Assembly: GCA_023515725.1 (NCBI GenBank)
Contig: JALDTO010000074.1
Coordinates: 1,338-65,337 of the forward strand
DNA length: 64,000 nt
Source: Amoeboaphelidium protococcarum X5
Taxonomy: Eukaryota; Fungi; Aphelidiomycota
Direction: 5' to 3'
Each line of letters begins with the position of its first letter. Position 1 is the first letter of the stretch. Shown in pieces: positions 51,674 through 64,000 of this stretch. The notes under the pieces were generated by a model. It had not been told where the DNA came from and ran no database searches. It was given only the letters and a program-made list of their open reading frames with translations. A program made the translations under genes and the position numbers.

Positions 51674-53461
51674 TCACCGAATAGCCTCATAGAATAGCAT
51701 ATAGGCAGTACCATGCGGAAGACATGAGGCGCCAGTATCTGATTTGCTACCACCACTACCAGACATTGACCATCCGCCGAGAATGCGCTGCGAAAACGTT
51801 GATCGCTCATGATTACTACTGTTAAAGTCTTGGTGCTACGAATAAGCTCCTTCTGCACTCAACGACGAACGAGGCACTCCGCTCATAAAACCATATCCAG
51901 CACGGCAATCATCAATTTCCTTCTCAAAGTTTAATTGGGAATTTTACTAATCCTATTACTACCCGGAAGAATCAGCATTGCCGTTACTTTGCATAGAAGT
52001 ATCAATAATCCCCGCGCCAAAGAGCTGAGCCAGTTGATCCTCATCGACACTTTCCACCACCGTGTCATCATATACCCACCACCTTCCGGCTGATCGTATA
52101 ACGGAAATATAATGTCCATAATTAGCACCATTTCCCAGATGTATAACAATTGAGAATAGCTAATACAACTGATTGGGATCACTTTCATCCTCAGGAGACT
52201 ACGATTGCGATGTTGGTGACTAAGATTAAGCCATGGCATTGGACATTCTCATTTATAAAGGAAACGATACGCGATTTTGCAGTTTTATATATCCACCATA
52301 CTATTCCACATACTTGAATCGCTTCAAACAAATCACCAATATCCGTGGAAGTCGCTTTATAAGCATTCGCTTCTCAGCTTCTTACAACGCTCCACACGCA
52401 TCACAAAAGAACTTATTGCGCCCACTCATATACTCTGGTGCAGTGAATGCTTTAAGAGCATGAGTGATAGACGTGTGATTAGATGGGATCTCCAGTGACA
52501 GGTCCAGAAATGGCTCAGATCTATAGGTGGCACATTCACAGTGCAAACATTTGGTCTCATTCACCAGCTCTCCCTCGAATAACTTGTGAATCCAAGTCTT
52601 TTCAGTCGGTTGATCAAGAGAATTATCACCTTACAGCTTTTACAGATCTGCATTCTATTTTTACAAGACTTCCGCAATGTTATTTATGAGATAATTGAAG
52701 AATTCATGAGCATCGTGATGTATTGGAGCTCTAAATTACTCGTTCACCTACCGCAGGTGATGTATAAAATCTTTCGGAGACACGGCCTTCTATTTACCCA
52801 CAATCGCCGGTTTTAGTTATTACTTTTATTCACCTACGAGGGATCCATTTATAAGAGTTAAACTTTGATTACTTGAGGCTGTCTGATTATTAGGCGAAAT
52901 GGGTGGCGGAACATTAGGAGACACGGTACTATTCTTGGTATTATGAATTAGTACAAAGAGATCTTTGAGAGCAGATAGCAATGTTACTGACTAAGTAGAC
53001 TATTAGGTAATTATGTTCGCCAATGGTTTGACAATGTTGTTATAGAGCGACTATGGAGACAGTAGACTAGCAGTTTTTGGAGAAGTTTATTACTAAGGAG
53101 AGAGTAGCGACTTGCTGGTATCTATTTTCAAAGATCGGGTCATCTAACTGCTCTCGCCAACACTACTCTCACGCTATAACTCTGACTAATCCTTCGCTTA
53201 TTATAGCCTCAATAGTACGTCACTATTATACACTCCAGTCGTGAATATTCTATCTCTAAATGGTTTGCAAAAGTACAGCGATTAAAGCACCGCATTGCAA
53301 TAACACGTATTTCCAAACTACAAAATTAGTATCCCATAGTTTTAAAACTCGATATTTTTATGATTTAATATTACATTAAGGAGACCGAGATGTCTATCGC
53401 TGAGTAAAGATGCAGGCTACGGTGTATTAGTACTCCCCTCAGAGTTGAATATCTTAAACAT
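51674..53461 (-). CDS. USP12: Ubiquitin-specific protease of the USP12/USP46 (Ubp9/Ubp13/CreB) type; intron 53318..53374
   Basis: Cys box [53 protein letters not shown], His box GHYIS and C-terminal AYMLFY. Confidence 0.93.
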
Positions 53462-53850
53462 GTTCTAAAGTATATGATTCAGTCGTTGTTTCGTGCTCAA
53501 AACTGTAAAAAGAGAAATAAGGGAGATGCAGACGCGTGCGAGAGAACAGATTTTAATGGGCACTGCTTGTTCTACCGCAGCAAGAGAGCCTCAACTAGCT
53601 GATCAAAATACTACGACATTATATGTACATAATTTATCCTTGACACTTTGTAAATTCACCTGCAATTTTTATCGTCATTACTAGTTACCTCGTTCAATCA
53701 TCTTCAAAAAAAGATTTTCACTATAAGACACGACTACGCGATTTTAAAGGTTTAAATGCATGCGCCAAGTTCACTATGTTTATTGCCATCGGTATATCTA
53801 TGACTTGCGAATTTTGTCATATGAATAAAATAAAAATTTCATTAGTAAAT

Positions 53851-55089
53851 TCATTCTTCAATATCAAGCAAGATGCTCTTCTTTACAGGAGGGAAGAACC
53901 TTTTCATAATGAACGCTTTCAAACGATGCCACGACGCGAACAGATGCAAAATCAAGGAATCGTACGCGATCATCTTGTTAAACTTGTGGTAATCCACTGC
54001 ATGGCCCCTCAAATGTTTGGTGTACTATACACCTTTTGAAGCAGACTCAAAAGAATCGAGGTACGCATTCAAACACTATCCTACATCGATACTGATTCCC
54101 ATATTAGTGCCAAGACCGGAGAAAAAGCTACCCGAACGTGCAGCATCACCGACAATAACCAAATTTGCACCCGAATGACAGCGCTCGGACAATTCTTCTT
54201 GAAAAGAGAACGGCGTGAAGCTACCACCAACAATTGGAAGGGAACGTACCCGACCGCCAAAAAAGCATTCACTCTTTTTTAGACAAAACTCTTTGATTTT
54301 AGCTTCGTCTTTAGTGGCACGTAACTGTGGCGGAAGAGTCACTCCAACAGCACAACGACCACCGTCCTGATCACAGACAGCAATGCAGCGAACATACTCT
54401 TGATATTCTTAGTCATAACCAATTTTGAACGTGCTTCTCAAGTCCTGCAAAACGTCCTTCTCTATTTGATGCACACGCAAAGTGCACCAGACTTTGGGAC
54501 TCAATTGTTTGACTTTAATACCAAGGGAATTTCTGACCAAATTACGAGCTTTACCTTCAGCGAGGACAATCAGATCTGGTTCAATTACGACCGTTTTCTA
54601 CTCGCCATCTTCGTCACGAACCTGGAGACAGTACTTCTCACTAGCATCGCAAATCAAGTTCATTACCCGTGCATGCTTCATTTTAATGCCAACCTCCAGT
54701 GCCTTCTATAGCAAAATTGATTAAAGCTCGCGAATAGGAACAACTTTGAAACCTTTCTAATTGATATCTGCCAAGCGCTTGAAATTCAAACCCTCCAAAT
54801 CATAGGATATCATCTCACTCTCAGTAGCGTCGTCCATATCATTTTTCTATTGAACAAGGCTTTCTTTGAATGGCAATGAGATATCCAAGTCAAAAGAATT
54901 GATAGCACGCCCGTTAATGGTAACGCCAAGGAGTGCCAGTTAAGTGACCGTAGGGGGATTCAACATGACAATCTAGGGACGAGTAAATTCAGTTCTTTGA
55001 TCAATGACGGTAACATCCCAACCACGCTTCTAGAGCAAGAGCGCTGATGCTAGGCCAACTGGGCCAGAACCAACCACGATAGCATGCAT
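53851..55089 (-). CDS. FAD-dependent oxidoreductase/monooxygenase (UbiH/FixC-like fold), 412 aa
   Basis: Rossmann motif at the very N-terminus (MHAIVVGSGPVGLASALLLQKRGWDVTVID), DLIVLAEG, and the GD motif LVIVGDAA...GLGTN. Confidence 0.85.
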
Positions 55090-55598
55090 AATTTGCGGTA
55101 AATATAATACAATGGGAAATGCAGTGCGTGATAGATGCAGCGAAGATCATTCTATTTCGGACGAGTGGCTTAGCATCAAACCGCATACTTTGGTGACCCC
55201 TTTCACAGCGCCATTTAATTGAGGATTGTCTTGGTTTTTATTACTGTAACACCGAGCACAACGTTTATATATATATACATATCTATTTTGAGATTCTAGC
55301 TTATACTGAAGAGTTTTGAGACACAATATTTGCGTAGATAAAATCATTTAAATTCTTCAGTCATTATAACAGATGTAACAAATTGGGACTGACATTGCTC
55401 GTTACAGCCAATTCTTAGGCGCCTTGTAACTCTCCTTTAACATGACCATTGTATTGCTACGGTAATAGTCTCCGTCTTGGTGGTTTGCATGTAACAAATG
55501 GTAGAAAAAAACAAGCAATGTATCACTGTAATAAAAAATGTAATTCATTATATGTTCAACCTTTTCACCAACGGGACAGTATTTCAAAGCATCTTTGG

Positions 55599-56054
55599 TC
55601 ACCAAGCGTAACGCTGGAAGCGATTCCTAGCGCCAGAAGACGCGCCAAAATCGACTTGTCCAAAGCCACCAGAGATACCGTGCTTATTAATCTTTACTTG
55701 CTATTTCTAGCTGCGACGGCTCGTGTTGCCACCGAGAGCAGAGAATCCAGAGGCGATTGACACGTCAGTCAAGGCACCTTGATTCTGTTTCAGCATCGCG
55801 CGATAAGGCAGATTGTTCACGGCGCCAGCAGAGGAGAAAGGTAGCTGTTTCTAGCCATTAGCACCATAATCAGGGATTGTAGAAGGAGTCGTCAGTGAGC
55901 GAGGCTAGCCGCTAACCAACGACGGTTGCGACGGCGGTACATCAGCTTGCCCGGAGAGATCAGATTGCAGCATCTCGCCAGGTGCTATCAACGATGATTA
56001 AACGACGTTTCCATTGCATGACAGTAACTAATTGCAAATTTAATTTGCTTGCAT
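55599..56054 (-). CDS. Hypothetical low-complexity protein, about 151 aa
   Basis: 152-codon ATG-to-TGA frame with TAR=Gln; GC-richer than its flanks; Ser/Gly/Gln-rich; no known motif. Confidence 0.45.
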
Positions 56055-56313
56055 TTCCTTATATATTTCGGCAGATTTACGTGTAATTATTCAAGAAAGA
56101 GAAAGGGAATGCTATAGAAGTCAGCGTTGTTGCCATTCATAACAGAATCAAAGCATATTACAAGCGACGGTTTCTGATTGGTTGATATCACTCGTATTTA
56201 AATGAAAGTCGCTGAAGAATGTCCCGTATACGAAAAGTTGAAGTAATTAAAACGCGTCAAGTATTAAAAATTATTCCATTCATTATTATCCATCACATTT
56301 CACTCAAAGTCTC

Positions 56314-57756
56314 TCAATTACGACGCTGTTGAACCAAATCAGCACCGGCACCAGCTAGGAAACCTGCCATCAAGCCGAGAGCACCGCCGGCCAGTCCTGC
56401 GGCCATAGGATTCTACTACTGCTGAGGCGGTGGACCACCGTACTGCTACTGTGGAGGATAACCCTGCTATTGTGGTGGAGGATAGTAAGGCTACTGAGCA
56501 GGCGCGTACTGCTACTATGGTGGATAGCCTGGCTATGGAGCGTACCCATACTGAGGCTGCTGTGGAGGATAGTACGGCTATTGCTGCGGTTGTGGCTGAC
56601 CATAGTAAGGTGGCTATTGCTACGCTTAGTATGGATTGAACGCCTACGGCTACGGCTGCTGTACAGGAGCCTGCTGAGGTTGAGCATTTCCAGGATAACC
56701 GTTGTGGGCTTGCTACTAACTTGGTTAAGCTTGAGGTGCAGGGGCTTGAGCTGGCACAATGTCAGCTGGAGGCGCACTTGCAGTACTAGATGCCTTCTTT
56801 TCCTGAGCATGAAATTCAGGATTGATCACGTTACCATCCTTCAGCAGGGCAACGCACAGCTTCTCGTGATCTCCAGAAGTAACCTTCTTGATCTTTCTCT
56901 CCAAACTATCACCAGTCTTCTCCATATAGGCTGCATTGATGTCGTGCAAAAGAGCATTCTTACGGAAACGGATCAGCAGACGGTGCAGCTTGCCCTCGTT
57001 GATTCCCAGAGTACCCTGGAAGGCCTCCTCAAATTCCTCAGCAAAATACTTTGCACGGTTATTGACAACTCTGACCAGGTCCAGAAGGGCCTTCTCAATC
57101 TTGCCACTAAACTCCTTCTTGATTGCCTTCTCCATGGTGTGACCATGCTTTGCAGCGTAGGTGGTAAAGACTTGACGCAGCTGAGGATAAGATCTGGTGG
57201 CCAAGATGCGGATGAACTCAACCTCATCAGTGCCAAAGCGACCTTCACCAGCAGAGTAGATGGTCTAGACATCAGCGTTGACATCCTTGTGCAGTTCACC
57301 AGTCTCATCACGTCCAGCCTGGATCAGAGCACAAAATAGTTTCTTCATGTCACCGCTGTACTCATTCACCAACTTGTCTTCCAGCTCCCTGTTGAACAGA
57401 GCCTTGTACGCGTCGCGGATAGCCATAATCTCAGCATTAGTTCTTCCCAGTAGCAGTTCACGCAATAGCTCATGATCCGTTGTCAAGATACCACTGATCG
57501 CCTTCTCAATCTTGCGAGCAGTGAAAACAGCCTCAGAGGTCAAGCACATGGAGAGAAGCTTGGAGAAGTTACCACCAGTCTCGCTGCCGATAACTTCAAA
57601 CACCGACTTACCATAGTTGGCCTTGTAACGCTTGTCAACTTGCACCAGCTCTTCCTTGTTCAGAGACAGAAAGACATCAATCAGCTTCTAGTCATCACAG
57701 CCGAAACCTTTAGTTGCCTTGTGGATCAACTCTACAGCGCGTTCAACGTTTGCCAT
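56314..57756 (-). CDS. Annexin with a C-terminal Pro/Gln/Tyr/Gly-rich tail and a glycine-zipper-like end, 480 aa
   Basis: Four annexin repeats (KGFGCDD, ETGGNF, GRFGTDE...TRSYPQLR, GTLGINE...SGDHEK) followed by QPYYPPQQ-type repeats and MAAGLAGGALGLMAGFLAGAG. Confidence 0.93.
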
Positions 57757-58272
57757 TATTATTGTTGTTAGAGATTTAGTTAGTTGTTTGTATTATTATA
57801 TTCTAGGATAATAACTACTTACTAAGAGATAAAATACAAAAGAAAAAGACTGATAAGACTGATGGGAATATTCCATATAGGCTATGCAATTTATAGACTA
57901 ATTGGATACATTATGACCCAATCTGAATGACCGGTAATTTTAAACAAGTGATCAACTTGGCAACCATTCAAAAGATAAATCACTCTACCTCGAATTATCA
58001 GGTAAAGGCATATGAGTGAATTGATAAGTAAGTATTCTTCTAATGTCTAAGTATGATGAACACCAGAATCTGAGGCCAACCCACGTGAACTCGCATACGA
58101 TGATTACATCGGCAAAGTTGCCTATTTGGGCGAAAATTCAACAGATTACGTCAAATTCTCTTTCCCGTTTCAGCTCCAGCGGCGACTCCACACAGCGCAG
58201 TGTTGAACTCATATCTCTCTCTTTGCACAAATCTAACAATTTTATTACATATACAAGCACATAAGTTTTGGT

Positions 58273-59649
<1,377 letters not shown>

Positions 59650-59849
59650 TTAAGTGAACTTTAATTGTGAAAGCCGCAATTATTTTTGGTAATGTGAGAA
59701 ATTTGTTCATCATTAAGTATTATGTTCATTCAGTTTTATCGTTTCATCTGCAGCTGCTGATTTAATCTCAGAACTTTAAATTAATAAGAGAATTTACTGG
59801 TTAATGAAAACACAATCTATTCAATTTCAAATCTCATCAATTTCTGTCA

Positions 59850-62800
59850 TCAAAGTTCACCGCCAAGACTACCGCGTCTGGCAAAATTATGAAAGTCTTC
59901 ATTCGACTTGCTGCTTGAGACTCCGCCATTGTGCCATGCAAAGTAATGAGAGACATTATCTATGCCATCTTTCAGCACTTTATGATGATGTCTACCCTTC
60001 TGCTTGCTACCATCTTCAACCTTTGATCCGCCATTGACCTATTTCTTGTGCTTCTGACTACGTAACTGATAGTCGCGCTGTACTTGATCTTCTACATTCT
60101 GACTATAGTTTGAAAATCTTCTGAATTAATCTTGATCAGGTGTAGCTCTCGTCAATCCGCCAGCTACTCTATTGATGTGCCCTGTGCCAACCGGATCAAT
60201 GCTACCGCGTTTCAATGACTCAGATCCATAGAACTAATCCTCAACTGGGCCTTTAGCCTGAAATTCGCGCACACTCTCTTCGTCATACATGCAAGTTTGC
60301 TTGGATTAAACATCGCTAAGTAACTCGTAGGCAGGGACTTTTCTATTAACACTTGAACGACGATTACTCTGTGCGAAATGGGGAATGTCGGCATGACGCT
60401 ATTACGGTCTCTAGCTGGAGTCACGAACCGGCGAAGTTTACCTATTACTTATGACATTGTCAGCAGCAAATGATGGCCTCTTCTAAACCAAATTACTATC
60501 AAGGGATTTGTAGCGTCTTGGTGGCATCTCAGACTTTCGGCGAGATTCTACGACATTAACAGCACTTGGATCCTAAGCTTACACGGGTAAATTACCACCT
60601 TGGGTAATACGTGAATGTTCCAACTACAATTTTTTCATCTAATCATTCAACTGTTGACGCAACGAGCTCAGGTCTACCTGGTCCCCATTGGGATTGGCAG
60701 TGTTCTATACGTGACTCTTGACAACTTGAGCCATCTTTTGGAGAGCCTAAGCGGTGACGCTAATATTTCTCAACATGCTGGCTCTCTTTGATTAGTCCTT
60801 TGGTAATTGTCTTTTAGTCTATGTAATTGGCGACTAAAGCACGTCATTCAAAACAGTGTTGGCAACTTTATACGAATGCTCAATGGATTCGTTTTCAAGT
60901 GCAATCTACTGGTCAATTACGCGCTCCAGTCCTGCCTATCTATTAGCGAATTGATGGACAGATGGCATATTGCTACTACATTGATCGAGATGCTACTTAA
61001 ACAATACAGCTTTCTCTTTAATCTAACACCATTTCTAATACCACAACGACCATTTAGCTAATTGCTCCAAGAAAATGGACACCATAGAATCAGATTCGCT
61101 CTCTACCACCTGGATCTCTTTGACCATCTCACACGCAAAAGACGCGTCCAACTAGATGGTGTATGCAAACTAATTGTAATTAGACGCAAATTTATGGGCA
61201 TTCTTTACCATTTTATCGCTTTGAGAAAGCACTTTAGCACATTAACCCTTGGCCAGCTTTGTCAATGCGGACAAGTCGACATTCTCTGCCATCTCAGTTC
61301 CAACATGATCATGAATCAATTTAACGATGTCCGCTACACTAAGAGCCCTTCCTTTAGTCTTGTCACCAAATCCCCACTCGGATTGATACTCTTTCACAAA
61401 GTTAAGCTCCGACTCTAAATCATCGTAGATTTTCTAAGCAGCATCCACAAGAGCAATCATTGCCGATAGACCATCAAACATCCTTTACACACTACTACCT
61501 TTCTTCTTATCAACTGAGACTGCAATTTTATGACTATACTCCGCCAGAATCTTCAACACTTTAGACTTTCGTTGTAAATAGTCAGCATCAAGGCATGGCA
61601 CCACAGCTTTGATCTTATTCTCACTCCATTTCAAGTCCAACTCAGTCTAATTGGATGCAAACAACTCCTCAAAAGTCTCCTGCTCAGACTCTAGGCTCAG
61701 GGCAGTAACCTCCGCCTTTAGATTGGCAAACTGATCATAATCGGCAGAGTCGCACTTCTTACCATTCCAAACAGCTTCCAGAACCTTTTGCTGTTCAATA
61801 AACTGAGTTAAGGAAGCATCACGGCTGCGATTAAGAATCAGAACATAGGCATTCTATCTCATCTTATCAAATTTCTCCTCAATACCTGTGACAAATGAAC
61901 GCGGATCTTAATCCATACTCTGCAAAGAGCATTCACGATACTTTACCAGAAGCGACTTGGCCTTTTACTCAACACTAGACTTAGGATAGGAGTTTAACAA
62001 GCTGCACGCTTCCAACAGCTAGGATAATTCAATCTACTTGAAGCTTTCAATCTGATCGCGCAACGTCGTCAGTTCCACCAACTTGGCATCAGTCATCTTC
62101 TGCATATCAATCATAAACTCTTTGACCACATTCATACTGGACAGTGAGACATTAACTTGTTATTGCTACTATTACTTGGACGAGCGTCTACTAAACGACT
62201 GTTAAGCTGCTTGGTCCACTCCAATCATAGAATCCACCAGGCATTGGTTAGAACCATATCTGGCATCAGGAGCCACAGGCTATGACATGCGTCTCGTGAA
62301 ATTGGAGATAAGGGACGAACGCTCCGGCAAGTTAGAAGGATGCGGCAAACCAGAGCTAGCACCACTATGAATGCACATGATACCGACAACACCATCAAAA
62401 AGATCCGAGATCCAGCCTTCATATATGCCATCGACAAGACTGCCGTTCCCAGATCCCATGATGACATTGACTGATCCAACCAAAGTCTGCGCTGGACGTT
62501 TAAGGGGCTTCAGCTGATCCTGCTACAGAACAGTCTGATGGAAATCGTCAAAATTAGCCTTATCCAATTCATCACATGCTCTAGCAATTTTGTCTAAAGC
62601 TGCGGTGACTGTATTGCGCAATTCATGAGGAAGTAGAGTGTCCTTCTCTACACACTTATCTAATGCCCTGTTTGCAATATCTTTCGCTAGTAGCAATCTA
62701 GCCTGTCTCTCACCAACGGCCACATCAGGAGCCATCATATTAGGGCAATGGAAATGAGCAATTGAGGTCAATAGCATCTTCTTCACCTCCATATTCGCTG

Positions 62801-63695
62801 ACCAGATCTTTGGAAATCTGACGCGTCCAATAGAGTTGTTAACTTTCGCAGCTTTGTACGCAATATCGTAATAATCGGAAGCCTGCACTGCAATCTAGCA
62901 AGTCACAGCACTACTACTGTTGTCATATTCAGCCTTCAAGTAAAAACACTCTGCAGCCTGAGCCAGCATTAATTCTGCTGCAGCAGTCAGAGTAGCATCA
63001 CTCAAATCTGACGACTGATCCAATCTAACTTGAATACGGGGGTATAAAGTGTCTCGCAGATAGACAAACGCACCAGCAGCTTTTTAGAAGAAGATCGCAG
63101 CAGCCTTCAGACCATCAAGCGTCCACAAACATTGAATGGTACCGAGTTGACTGTACAAAGCACCAAGATTCCAGATTACAGCCGCCTTCTCATACTGCAT
63201 ACAGCTAGTATCAACATTACGCTTCACATAGAACGCCTCAAACCACGAGAATGGAGCCTTAATCGAAGTCTCAAATGGGAATCGTTCCTCCAACCAGCAG
63301 AGTTGCGCGAAATACTGCATCAACTTCTCAACGCCCTTCTCCGTTCTCTCCGGCGCACCAGCGTGGATTCTCAGCTGATTCAACGCCGCCCATTGTTGAT
63401 CTGATGGTAGCAGTGAAGGTGGCACCGTTTAATGACCAGATTTGATGGAATCATTGCCATTAGTAGCTAGCGAGGCATTCAATTGACCGGCCAGTAACTA
63501 TTTAAAATCCATATAGTTGGCATTGTTTTAATTCTTTCCAACTCGAGAGGCTTCCAATTGCTACACAGAATTTCTCTTGGTAGGCACGGCCAGGAAGGAT
63601 GATCCCTCGCCATAAGTTGCAAACAACGGGCTCTCGACTGGAGCACCCAATGATGATAATCTTCCACTAAGAAATGCAATTGATCCTGATGGCAT
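59850..63695 (-). CDS. BRO1-domain ESCRT adaptor (ALIX/Bro1/PalA family) with a V-domain and long C-terminal tail, about 1281 aa
   Basis: BRO1 motifs YFAQLCWLEERFP...FSWFEAF...YEKAAVIWNLGALYSQLG, FQKAAGAF and MLAQAAECFY, followed by a coiled-coil V region. Confidence 0.88.
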
Positions 63696-64000
63696 TTTGA
63701 TATAATTAAAAGATGTTGGTAATAAAGTTTCTTGATGATGAAAGATAAGATGATCACTGAGAACTTGTAACAAAAGTCGTATTAATATCACTTTTCAGTA
63801 CGTTTCTATGGACACCCTTGAATCCACCACGAAACATTTTTCCATCACTCTCAACACTCAGCTTCTAATACTGTATATCAGCTTAACAGCTAAACAAAAG
63901 TGTGACTTTACCATTTCATTATGAAATTATAAAAAGCATTGTCAAAATTTAAATTTTCGCTTTACCTATTAAGGGACTTCTTTTACTAAACTTTACCCAC

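Noticed and set aside
56470-57339. 289-aa plus-strand ORF in the track
   Set aside because: It is the antisense shadow of the annexin gene and its repetitive tail.

Overview
A gene-dense eukaryotic, fungus-like (opisthokont) window with about 33 protein-coding genes and short spliceosomal introns. I found no RNA genes, transposons or CRISPR arrays. The supplied ORF track is fragmented because the organism uses a non-standard code: TAA and TAG encode Gln and TGA is the only stop (translation-table-6 type). With that code the fragments join into full-length conserved genes (ENP2/NOL10, a CCX/NCLX-type exchanger, dCTP deaminase, RIB1, RRP36, SEH1, DBF2, RVS167, ACO2, DENND6, gamma-COP, AP-1 gamma, IFT54, TRIP4, ALT, MCFD2, PDK1, USP12/46, annexin, ATP sulfurylase, a BRO1/ALIX protein). 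Fungal-type genes, a retained IFT gene and TAR=Gln point to the aphelid algal parasite Amoeboaphelidium protococcarum or a relative (inference). Most notable observations: all 16 confidently placed introns run GTA...TGTAG; a tandem pair of GPI-anchored expansin-like DPBB plus chitin-binding CBM18 surface proteins, one with a degenerate DPBB site; an annexin with its Pro/Gln/Tyr/Gly tail at the C-terminus; an AP-1 gamma with no ear domain next to gamma-COP; a prokaryote-type dCTP deaminase with three introns; an Aco2-type aconitase with no presequence; a miniaturised IFT54 next to an orphan 7TM protein. All coordinates and translations were worked out by hand. Long ORFs were spot-checked rather than read codon by codon, and family assignments come from motif recognition, not database searches.
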